From positions 238-64,237 of the forward strand of contig JAUCBJ010005486.1 of the NCBI GenBank assembly GCA_032718475.1: DNA of 64,000 nucleotides. Direction: 5' to 3'. The translations under genes were made by a program, and so were the position numbers. The notes under the pieces were generated by a model. It was given only the letters and a program-made list of their open reading frames with translations, was not told where the DNA came from and made no database searches. This document shows, piece by piece, positions 1-11,306 of this stretch (positions within the stretch are counted from its first letter, which is position 1; every line of letters begins with the position of its first letter). The DNA is from Nemertoderma westbladi. Taxonomy: Eukaryota > Animalia > Xenacoelomorpha.

Positions 1-474
1 AGCAGTAGTTCCAGTACTCCTCTACGGGAGTCCATGCTGGGCTCTAACTGCAGAGGACACCAAATCTCTGGATGGCACATTCACAAGAATGCTACGCCGG
101 GTTCATTGTGTCAAGTACAATGCACACATCTCCAACCAGACACTATATAACATTGGAGGTGTCTCATTGGTTCCCCCAAGCTTGACACTAGAACAAAATC
201 GCCTCCGCTTTGCAGGACATTGCTTTCGCCGTGAGGACCAGCCAGTGCATAATCTTGTACTTTGGCAGCCTCATGGAGTGAATAAGCATGGTGGACAGCC
301 CATGACTTTCTTGAGACGCATCTTAAAGGACACAGGCCTTAAAGGTGCGGATGATCTAGCAAATGTCATGGGTGATAGGGAGTTGTGGCGGTGCAATTTT
401 GTTGACAAGCCGGCACAGCATTCCTAAAAATGCAGCTGCAATGCAGCATGCCGATCCTAGTAGTAGTAGTAGTA
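1..474 (+). mobile_element. RTE-clade LINE, 3' end (RT C-terminus, 3' UTR, (TAG)n tail)
   Basis: Translates AVVPVLLYGSPCW...RMLRRV...RLRFAGHCFR, typical of the RTE C-terminus. (TAG)5 at 458-473. Near-identical second copy at about 6355-7056. Confidence 0.85.
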
Positions 475-3400
475 CCCACACCGGCGAGCCTATCAGCGCC
501 GTCATCATCCAACAATTCTATTAAATTTTCCACAATAAACTCGCGATCTATTTGCAACAAAGTACCAATTATAACAGACTATATAATATCAGGACAAATC
601 GATATCTGCACCATTACCGAGACATGGCTCACTTCAAATGATGATAGCATACGGGCACAATGCCAGATTGGAGGCTTAACTATTCTCGATTGCCCTAGAG
701 TCAGCGGCCGAGGAGGCGGCACTGCAATAATATTTTCCCCTCGTGTTACGGCAACCCTATTAGAGCACGGCACTCGGGACTCATTCGAATACTCGACATG
801 GAGAATATTTAACTCAAAGAAGGTACTATTCATTGTATCTGTCATTTATCGACGCCCATATTCCAAACAGCACCCTGTGACCACGCAACGGTTTTTGGAA
901 GAATTCCCAGACTACATCGAGACACTGCTCTGCATGCTCGAGAAATTGATTATAACGGGTGATTTCAACATACATCTTAATGACGAGTCCGATCCTTGTG
1001 CGCTCTCCTTCATCGACTCACTCACTTGTCTCGGACTCTCTCAGCATGTCACCGTCCCCACTCATATCAGTGGAAATACGTTAGATCTCATAATCACTCG
1101 CAATAACGATGAAATACCGTTGTCGACTCCGATCTGCGGTGTAAAACTATCAGATCATTACTTTATCAACACCAACATCACCGAGCAACATTAAACTACC
1201 CTACTACCTGAAACAATTTCCTACCGTAACCTAAAGCGCATCAATATTCCTGACTTCAAACGAGATTTGGCATCATCATCACTATACAATCTTTCTTCAA
1301 TTAGCGAATTGAATTGTGACCAACTAGTCGATGAATATAATCGAGTAATGATTTCCACGCTTGAAAAACACTCGCCCTTAATCACGAAGAAAAAATCGTT
1401 GTTAAGAACAAACCCGTGGTATAACCCATCTCTCTGCATTCTCAAGAGAAATCGGCGGAATTTAGAACGCAAATGGCGAAAAACACACTCTACTGATGAT
1501 GCATCGGCGCTCTCAAACGCCCAAAACATTTACTCACGAGCACTCATATCTGCCCAACGGAACTATTACACTTCACTTGTCAATGAGTGCGCAGGCGATC
1601 AAAGGAAATTGTTTGCACTCACAAAATCACTGATGATCCCCAAAGTGCAGCCTGTCCTACCTACTCCAAATCCCAACACATCATTACCTGACTCATTCGG
1701 TGAGTTTTTCATAGACAAAGTTGAAAAGATCCGACAGCAACTCACCACAATGAGATCAAATATGAATATTACGGCCACAATCACGCAACCTGATGCTAAA
1801 ACAGGGAGTTCAGCAACGCAACCATTGCAAAAACAAACTATTGACCCTTTCTCCCAATTTCGACCAGTATCACAACCCGAAGTCAAACAACTAATATTAA
1901 AGTCAGCAAACAAACAGTGCGACAACGACCCAGTACCAACTTACCTTGTCAAAAAGGCCATCGATCAACTATTGCCTGTCATCACAGAGATAATTAATAA
2001 GTCAATCACTACCGGATATTTTCCTGACTTTTGGTCCGAGGTGATAATCTCTCCCCTTATAAAGAAACTGAAGTTAAACTCGATTATCTTCAACAATTAT
2101 TGGCCGGTAAGCGGGTCAATCTTTCTGTCTAAGACGACCGAGAGAATCGTGCTTTCCCAAATCATGACACACGTATTGGAAATGTTGCCTACAAATATAT
2201 CATCATATCGGCCTCATCATAGTACCGAGACCACATTAGTACGTGTTCACTCTGACATCCTGTCCGCCATGGACAACCAAAAGGTCACCCTCCTCGTCTT
2301 CATCGACCTCAGCGCAGCCTTTGATACTGTGGATAGGGAACTCCTACTTGAAACCCTTCGTACAAAGGTGAACATAACCAATGTCGCGCATGATTGGTTT
2401 AAATCATACATAGGTAACAGGCGACAGCGAGTAAAAGTACAAGGATGTTTCTCCCGGACCTTCTGTGTGCTCCACGGATTTCCTCAGGGATCATGTCTCG
2501 GCTGTATCCTCTTCATCATCTATATTGCCCAAATCTACATCATCATACAGCGTCATCTACCTGAGGCTCAAGGGTATGCTGACGATGTACAATTATACCT
2601 TTCATTTAAGCCAGATTGTCTCACATCCGATGATTCAGGCATCCGCTCTATGGAAAACTGCATCAAAGAACTTAGACAGTGGTTCATCGAAAACTGGCTA
2701 AAGATAAATGATGACAAGACCGAACTCATGATAATTGGTACACCGCAGCAACTAGCCAAAGTTAGCAGCACCTCAATCATTGTTGGCGATCATGTAATCG
2801 AGTCCTCTGCGAAGGTTCGTAACCTTGGTGCAATTTTTGACGATCATATGTCAATGCAATCTTTTATTTCCACCACAACTAGCAGTGCCTTCTACCATCT
2901 CCGTAACAAACATATGATCCGACCATTTCTCTCTCGAAAAAGTACCGAATCCCTTATTCATGCATTCATTTCCAGTAAACTCGATTATTGCAACGCCCTT
3001 CTCTATGGCCTTCCAGAAACCAAAATCAAAAAACTTCAACGAATACAAAATACAGCCGCCAGATTGGTCGTGCATGGATCTCGCTATGATCAGATCACAC
3101 CAATATTGCAATCCCTTCATTGGCTACCCATCCGCTCCCGTATCGAATTTAAAATATGTTTATTGACATTCAAATGCCTCAACAACATCTGTCCAGCTTA
3201 CCTAATCGACCTTCTCAATCTCTATAGTAACCCACACAACAGCCGATCTTCAAACTCATTGGTCCTACGTGTTCCACCACATAAACACTCAACCCTCGGT
3301 GGACGTGCGTTCGCTGTCTCCGCGCCGGCACTTTGGAACAAACTACCACGCGATATCCGACTCTCAGTCAACCTCGACAAATTTAAATGGTTACTCAAAA

Positions 3401-3639
3401 CTCACCTCTATAATCGTGCATTCAACTAAAAACTGTTTTATTCGAACTCACGTATCGTATAACATTATTTTATTTTATTATTTTACAGTACAGTACTCCT
3501 GGCCCAAAAATAACTATGGGTCTTTTAAACGACATGTATTTTACTTTTTACTTAAGGAGACTGCTCAGCGCTTAGAATAATTACTTGTTTTTTAAATAAG
3601 CGCTTTATAAATATTGAATTATTATTATTATTATTATTA
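475..3639 (+). mobile_element. L2/CR1-group LINE (ORF2: APE endonuclease + RT), one in-frame stop
   Basis: APE motifs (ITETWL, GGGTA, GDFNIH, GNTLDL, SDH) in 430-1194. RT in the same frame 1267-3429 (DLSAAFDTVD, PQGS, YADD, LHWLP). TAA at 1192-1194. (ATT)n tail at about 3619-3639. Confidence 0.9.
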
Positions 3640-4917
3640 ATGTCCTGGAATGTAGAAGGTCTTAAGAAAGTTGATACCTCAATAGATGGCCCCTTTGAAG
3701 GAGCTGATATTCTGTTATTGTGTGAAACATTCTGTTACAACGATGTTTCAATTAAGGATTATACTTGGTATAATGTAGCAGCTGAAAAACAGTTACATGG
3801 GAGACCAATGCGTGGTCTCACAATTGCAGTTCACAACAGACTGTCTCTGCCACACCACCGTTCCTTTGCGAGTGATTCAGCTATCAGCATCTCATTGCCA
3901 GAAATGAATATTGTTCTGTGTTACTACACAGGTACTAAAAAGAAAAAAAAAGTACAAAAAATACTTCTTGAAATAAACGAAATTACTTGCTACCTACGAA
4001 CTATTAACAATAATCCGTTTCTAGTGGTGGGTGATTTCAATTGCAGACTAGATGGAGTAGGCATTCCGCCAGGTGAACGTCTATGCGATGGACTTCTGGG
4101 TATGGACTTATTCTGCCTATCAGACCCCTCCCAGGCCACATATATCTGCTGGAATGGTAGCAGTGTAATAGACCTGGTCTTTGTCAGTCAATCTATACGA
4201 AATACCACCTTAATTAGTATTCTTCCAAGCAACAACACTAAGCACCAACGGATCAGTATTAGTCTTGTGAGAAACTACCCACGATCCAAAACCACGTGCC
4301 GTAAGGGACATTGATGTTGACAAGTTGGCACTTGTGATCGACAATAATAATTTTACACAAGCTCTTCACACTGGAGTGGATGTTGGATGGATTGATACTG
4401 CATAAAGATCTAAAAACTATGAAACATAAACTTAACGATAATCCAACCCCGAATGATTTCCTTACCCAAAGCTACAAAAGGAGCTTAAAGTGACCATATC
4501 GGCAAAGAAACGACTACATGAAGCTATCAGGAAGATAAAACTAATACGGCGCTGTGAAGATGATCACAAACAATTTTGGAAACTTCTAAAAGCGAAAAAA
4601 GAGTCAACGATTGCTGTCCAAGTATCCCATGAATGCTGGGTCTCACACTTTGAGAATCTCCTGTCTCGTCCTCAAGTGGTCCTGTTACCGCCCATTGCAG
4701 AAATTGCGGTGTCTGAACTTGATTGTACTATCACGCATGCAGAAATAACGGAATCAGTTGCAATTCAGAAGAACAACAAAGCAGCTGGTTTAGATGGCAT
4801 TACTACTGAATCTTTAAAGGCCGGTTTTGGCCATTTACTGGTTCTAACTCTGGAGCCAATTCACTGTCTGTTTTCGAACTGCAACCTGCCCTGCTTCTTG
4901 GCTGAAATCATTAATTA

Positions 4918-5092
4918 ATCAATTTCTGAGTTCCATTTATTACTTCCGTTTTCTCACTTCCATTTCTTTTTTCTGACTTCAATTTCTTTTTTCTGACTTC
5001 AATTTCTTTTTTCTGAGATCCATTTTCGGACTTCCATTTTCTGGCTTCAATTTCTTTATTCTGACTTCATTTTGGCGGTAACGGCGCCCCAT
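4918..5092. mobile_element. MITE fragment with short (about 21 bp) T-rich subterminal repeats
   Basis: Repeated ATTTCTTTTTTCTGACTTC units ending GGCGGTAACGGCGCCCC; interrupts LINE RT coding sequence. Confidence 0.45.
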
Positions 5093-5199
5093 TATTATCC
5101 CACTATACAAGGGGAAAGTTGCTAAATCATCCCCTCACTCCTACCGAGTGATTGCCCTGCTTTCTTGCTTGCTAAAAACTTACACTACTATACTCTTTC

Positions 5200-7056
5200 C
5201 TTTACTTTACTCTTTACTTCTTCTATACCTTTCTCTCTCGCTCACGTATGTTCAGCATACTTTCACTATATGGGATACTTGATGAAATCAAGTTGCAGCA
5301 ATCAGATCAGTATACGATGGTTCGACAACATTTGTGTCTACTGTTGACGGTGACACAGAACCATTTGAAGTGTTATGGGGCGTCCTCCAAGGAGACACAC
5401 TTGCACCATTCTTGTTCATAATTGTGGTTGACTATATTCTACGCATGTCTTTAGATCATCATAATAATGATGGGGTGATGATAACCAGCCCTCCCAGGGA
5501 GAATTTCCACCAAAAAAAAAGGTGAAAAGGTAAACATGGGACATAAAAAAAGGTAAAAAAAAAGGTGGTTAAAAATCAAACCTATACCCAGTATCCATAT
5601 CCAAACCGTATCCAGAAAACAAATATTACATTTTGAGATAGATGTTATATATCATATTAACAAATCCAATATAATCATTCATTATGTTAACATATCAGTT
5701 TATTAGGGCACCTAACTAAACTAATCCTTATCAACTCGTTGCCTTTTCCTGCTGCTCGAAGTAGCCAGCTTCACATCTATATCAGAAAGTTCCTTTGCAA
5801 TAGAGCACAATACATTTTGATGGTCTTTGAGTTGAGTATCTGCTGACGCACGGGATTTATTCGCAATTGAAGCTCATAATTGTGGTTGACTATATTCTAC
5901 GCATGTCTTTAGATCATCATAATAATGATGGGGTGATGATAAGATAACTCCACCTACTGGCTCCAGAAGTCGAGGTAATCCTGCCAAGTACCTAACTGAT
6001 CTAGAGGCTGATGACTTAGGAGTACTCTCAGAATCACAAGAGGGAGCCCAACGGCACCTCAGCTCACTAGAACAGGCTGTTTCTAGTGTTGGTCTTTTTA
6101 TTAACTCCAAAAAGACCAAAATTTTGACAGTTAACTTTGAAAGTCCTCAGTAAGTCTCTGACCGGATGAGCATACGCTCAAAGGATGGTATGCTTGAGCA
6201 TGTGGACGACTTCTGTTACCTGGGATCATGAATCCGGAAGTCAGGTGAGGACCTTGGAAAATGTAAGGGAAAGGCATGGGCAGCCTTGAATAGGCTTTCC
6301 AGGATTTTTAAGTCACATAGAATTGGTCGGAAAATTAAGGTCCGATTATTTAGAGCAGCAGTAGTTCCAGTACTCCTCTATGGGAGTCCATGCTGGGCTC
6401 TAACTGCCGAGGACACCAAATCTCTGGATGGCACATTCACAAGAATGCTACGCCGGGTTCATTGTGTCAAGTTCAATGCACACATCTCCAACCAGACACT
6501 ACATATCATTGGACGTGTCGCATTGGATTCCCCAAGCTTGACACTAGAACAAAGCCGCCTCCGCTTTGCAGGACATTGCTTTCGCCGTGAGGACCAGCCA
6601 GTGCATAATCTTGTGCTTTGGCAGCCTCATGGAGTGAATAAGCATGGTGGATAGCCCATGACTTTCTTGAGACGCATCTTAAAGGAAACTGGCCTTGAAG
6701 ATGCGGATGATCTAGCAAATGTCATGATGGGTGATAGGGAGTTGTGGCGGCGCGATAGAGAGGCCATTACTTTTAAGAAGGCAGAATAGTACAGTGTGAT
6801 CGGTAATGGTGGTATGCGGCTAAGGTTTGGAATTTAGTTAGAATTTAGTTGAAAGTTCAACTATTTTTCTTAAAAAAACGCTTTAACTAACTAAATTCGT
6901 AGCGACAAATTAACTAAAACTACTTTAACTAAATAACACCAAATGACAACTTAACTAGTTGACCTTTCTAGTTGAACCTAACTAGTTGAACAGCACTGAT
7001 TTTGTCGACAGGCCAGCACATCATTATTTAAAATGCAGCTGCAATGCATCTGCCCG
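5200..7056 (+). mobile_element. Second RTE copy (5'-truncated, degenerate) inserted in the 3640-8340 LINE
   Basis: GVLQGDTLAPFLF (5334-5525), ADDL-like motif, C-terminus matching 1-455. Flanked by an imperfect direct duplication of about 48 bp (5150-5198 / 7056-7104). Confidence 0.8.
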
Positions 7057-8648
7057 ATTGCCCTGCTCTCTTGCTTGCTAAAAACTTCCACTACTATTCT
7101 CTTTACTAGACTAGGCTGAGACGCATAATATTCTACCGGTTCAGCAGTATAGTTTCAGAAAAAGAAGATCTACTCTGATGGATGGCAGTGTGTTCCCTCT
7201 ATAAACGGATCAACTCTGCCCTAGCTTCCCGTGGAGGTCGCTTATATGTAGTATTTGTAGACTTCACCAAGGCCTTCGATTCGGTCGACAGGGTAAAACT
7301 CTGCTCTTTCCGGCCTTTTAGGCACCTTCCAGCCCCATCCAACAGATGGTAGGGTTGATACAGGGTGACAAATTATCACCACTTTTATGTAGCCTGTTTA
7401 TAGCTGACCTGCCCGCCGCCTATGTAGTGTAACCATTGGTATTGTCATTCTCCAGTACGCCGATGACCTTGCTATCTGTGGGTCTTCACTACAAATGGTA
7501 CAGTCTGCCCTTGATGAGCTCCATGTTTATTGTCGCTCAACAATCTCAAAATGAACCTCTCAAAAACGAAAACGGTGAAATTTCGTCGGGGGGGGGGGGG
7601 GGGGGGGGGGGTAGGCTAGCTCAGTCAGACATACTTTTATATAATGGCTGCCGCCGTTTAGAATTTGTGAATAAATTTAATTACCTCGGGGTGGTTTTCT
7701 CCACACGGAATGGAGAGTCGGGTCATTACAACCACCTCTACCTACTATGGGGCTTCTTGTCGGAGCTTGGCTACAAAAGTAGACCTTTCTGCAGTTTCAC
7801 TCGACACTGCAAACAAACTTTGGGCTCTGGTCGTGTTTCCTGCCGTAACATACGGCTGCGTTGTATTTGAGGACTCACCCTCTAAGCACAATCTTCTTAA
7901 ATTAAAGCACGTCATTAAAACTCGTGGCCTCCTTTATAGACTCTGGAGCGGAATCAGAAAGTTTAGCTCCACTTTTCGAATCTTGTCTGCAGTAGATAAC
8001 CCCGCTCTCGTTCTCATTGGGTAAACCTTCTTGAAACCGCCGCCGAATAGCGGCACAATATATCTCGAACGCGACCACCACAAGGTCTGTGCGAGTCAAA
8101 ACTGGTGGAGAACATCCGATTGAGCATGCGGCTCATTGTAAGGCACTGAACGAACTCATAAAGAGGCTGAAATCCAGGCCAATAACAACCCTCTCGCCGT
8201 GCTTCTCTACTTGGCGAAAATATAAGCAGCTCACACGACATTGATTGAACGATCATTTTAATTCGATTCTTAAAATACTAATAATTATCTTTTTGTTTTA
8301 TATGTTTTAACATCCATAGATTGTATAAATTATTAAGTAATTCAAACAGGACATAGAATGATCCAACTCTATAGCAAATGGAGCGGAAATATTTGCTATA
8401 CAGTTGGGTCATCCTATGTCCTGTTTAAATACTGAATAATTAATATCTTTTAATGTATATATTTTAATATAAATTTTTTTTTTCTATACACCTCCGGTCG
8501 AGGTAAATCTATATTAACAATAATTATTGGTATTGGATTTCTAATTTTTAACACCAAATGTTTTGGTAAATAAAGTCTCTATCATCATAATTGTTAATGG
8601 TAATCGTTTACTTTACTAGGAGTAGTCGGTGTTAATTAATCGACTTAC

Positions 8649-8899
8649 TATGCATTATGGGTTTTCCGTTTTTGAACCACTCGACAACTAGACTGGGATC
8701 GTCCGCGGGTTGAACTCGAGTCTCGAAGTGAACCAAATCGTTCTCCTTGACGGACCCCGGCGGCACCAGTCGTCGCTCGAACGCCGGCACACGGTACCTC
8801 TTCCCGTCGCAAGAGGCGCCCCCAGTGTCCTCGTCCTCAGAGTCAGACAGTCGCTTTACGTAACTCGGTATCGGAGACGGGGCCGGTGGGGCTAAACGT
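8649..8899 (-). CDS. TTN: Titin-like gene exon (linker + N-half of Ig domain: PAFERRL...HFETRVQPADDPSLVVEWFKNGKP)
   Basis: TTTACCAG acceptor, GTAAGT donor; phase 2 matches exon 22468-22641. Resembles titin/kettin 'HFECRLTPIGDPTMVVEW' Ig (recalled, not searched). Confidence 0.8.
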
Positions 8900-9138
8900 C
8901 TGGTAAACAATTAACAGTCACTTATTATTAGTAATATTATTATTATTAATAGTAATCTTTGGATATTGTTGATAAACACGTTTGTGGAACCTTCGCACAG
9001 AACTAAGCAAGAGTATTAAACCGGTACCAATATTTTAACCGTGGCTTAGTCTCCCTTTAGCGGGAGACTGGGGAAATGCAGAGTTCTCTCACGCAAACTC
9101 TATTTATATATTATGTTATGATAATGTTCTCCATAGCT

Positions 9139-9246
9139 AAAAATATCAACCGAACCTATTGGGGCTCGAACCCGGTACCTAGGTTTCAAACTTCCGGTCT
9201 TCATCAGCCGGGTGAGTGTCCAAAGACCACTGAGCTACCAGGACGG
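9139..9246 (-). ncRNA. tRNA-like Pol III unit/SINE with embedded minimal type-I hammerhead ribozyme (9170-9213)
   Basis: Minus strand: A box TAGCTCAGTGG; ACCCGG-CTGATGA-AGAC CGGAA GTTT-GAAA-C CTAG G-TA-CCGGGT; B box GGTTCGAGCCC; T5 terminator. Confidence 0.7.
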
Positions 9247-9357
9247 ATGAAGATTTATATTATATATTAATTAATTGTATATGTATATTAATATAAATAA
9301 TATATATTAATTAATTGGATAAATTGGATATGTATATTAATATAAATAATATATATA

Positions 9358-10210
9358 TAATTCGCCGTCACCCCACCCCACAACAATTCATTTATTATTA
9401 ATTAAAAGAATGGCCGGCATACGGGGTTACAGTGGTTTCTACAACGCTGTATAATAGTTATTCTTTGAGGCATGGTTGCCATTTCTGGCAGAGCACGGGA
9501 ATAACGTTGTACTTTCCTATGAGTGATGTAAAAAGGCCTAAAAATTATAAAAGAAAAAAGTACTATTAGATAAAATACTATAACATATATTTATTCGCAG
9601 TCACCCACCCCACAACAAATCATTTATAATTAATTAACACGCATGGCCGGCATACGGGGTTACAGTGGTTTCTACAACACTTTATAATAGTTATTCTTTG
9701 AGGCATGGTTGCCATTTCTGGCAGAGCACGGGAATAACGTTGTACTTTCCTATGAGTGATGTAAAAAGGCCTAAAAATTATAAAAGAAAAAAGTACTATT
9801 AGATAAAATACTATAACATATATTTATTCGCAGTCACCCACCCCACAACAAATCATTTATAATTAATTAACACGCATGGCCGGCATACGGGGTTACAGTG
9901 GTTTCTACAACACTGTATAATAGTTATTCTTTGAGGCATGGTTGCCATTTCTGGCAGAGCACGGGAATAACGTTTTACCTTGAGTGTCTGTAAAAGGCCA
10001 AAATATGATAGCCCACTCCATAGTGAATAAATCTTCACCGTCCTAATAGCTTAGGACACACATCCGGCTGATGATAACCGGAAGTTTGAAGCGTATGGAC
10101 CGGGTTCGAGCCCCAATCGCGTCGGTTGATATTTTTCGCTATGGAGAACATAATCATAAAATAATATATATTTAATTCGCCGTCACACCACCCCACAACA
10201 ATTTATTTAT
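9358..10210 (+). repeat. 233-bp tandem repeat (about 3 units); third unit carries the tRNA-hammerhead module
   Basis: TGGCCGGCATACGGGGTTACAGTGG recurs at 9411, 9644 and 9877; the ATTCGC..CACCCCACAACAA motif recurs at about 9360, 9594, 9827 and 10175. Confidence 0.9.
10038..10136 (+). ncRNA. Inverted second copy of the tRNA-like/hammerhead unit with degenerate core
   Basis: ATCCGG-CTGATGA-TAACCGGAAGTTT-GAAG-CGTATG-GA-CCGGGT, B box GGTTCGAGCCC, T5. Homology with 9105-9258 in reverse orientation. Confidence 0.6.
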
Positions 10211-10290
10211 TTTTAACGAACTCTATTTAAGTACTTTGACAGACAATCTATGTACATGTGTAGCAAGTTTGGTTTAATTTCATCAAAGAA

Positions 10291-11240
10291 TAGGGATGTG
10301 AGTCAGCAAATGTAAGGAAATTTCCTAAACATTTTTGCGGAAATTTCCTGTTTTTTTAATTATTATTATATAAAGTTTACTTGTAATAGTAAATATTTAC
10401 AGAAATATCCTCATATTAATTGCAGGAAATAGTAATAATAAAATTTGAACAAAGTTGTGATTGTGACTTTGTGTTTTGTCAAATTCATTATTAATTAGAT
10501 ATTTTATATTGAACGCAATTTCGGAAATTAATACATTTTCAATTTTAACTCTTTTACAATAATTTAATACCTCCTGCTATTTTGCCAGTTTATATACATT
10601 CTGAAAACACAAGGCTTGCCAGCAAGAGCTGGCAATAATGGACGGATCCATTGTTACCAATATTGTTGTAATAAATATGCAAGGCAGCCTAATAACGAAA
10701 AACGAAACATTGGGCAAAGTACACAATGTAGTAAATATTGTATATTAAAAAAAACGCGAAGTAGGAAATGTATCTTCTCCTACAATTTTAAACGAAATAA
10801 AGTGAAATTTCGCAGAAAGCATGTCCAATAGGTGCTCCCTATGGGCTGTCGACAGAATTTTGATTGTGTGAATTCTACGATTATGATCGGTCATTCTAGA
10901 ATAAATTTCACTGTAGCTAGGCAACCAACAGGTCCCTCGCAACCAAAACCTTGCATACACAACTAGGTCCGATAATGAACCTATCATCAAAGTTTCATCC
11001 AATCCCATCAACATTAAGTGCAAGAAGTTGTGTGTACAAACAAACACACGAACAAACAAACACGCGTGAGAAATAAGGATATCCAGTTCTGCTGGATCCG
11101 TCCAACATCCAGTTCGGCTGGATCCGTCCAACAAGTAGAGAAAAAAAAACACTAGAAACAAGTGAATCCTGCTTAGTTGTGTTGGGGTGGTTCGTTGTCT
11201 TGACTCTTGTGGTCGTAACTACTGGTGAGGTATTTATTAG
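10291..11240. mobile_element. hAT-like non-autonomous element, same family as 23966-24473, right end missing
   Basis: Starts TAGGGATGTGAGTCAG; both ends align with 23966-24420. Confidence 0.6.
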
Positions 11241-11306
11241 CCCTCAAACATTAGGAGACAGACAGACCAACCGACAGACAACGGTTGAATAAGTGGTATC
11301 CGTATG

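Larger units (their letters stand above)
3640..8340 (+). mobile_element. Degenerate APE-RT LINE (RTE-X-like, clade uncertain) interrupted by other insertions
   Basis: SWNVEGL, CETF, VGDFN, SVIDL (3640-4314); KAAGLDGI (about 4780); IIPLYKGK (about 5095); FVDFTKAFDSVDR (about 7255); QGDKLSPLL; QYADDL (about 7455); YLGVVF. Many frameshifts. Confidence 0.75.

Noticed and set aside
9139-10136. True tRNA genes
   Set aside because: Imperfect acceptor stem, no 7-nt anticodon loop, and copy 2 has lost part of the D arm; treated as SINE/ribozyme units.
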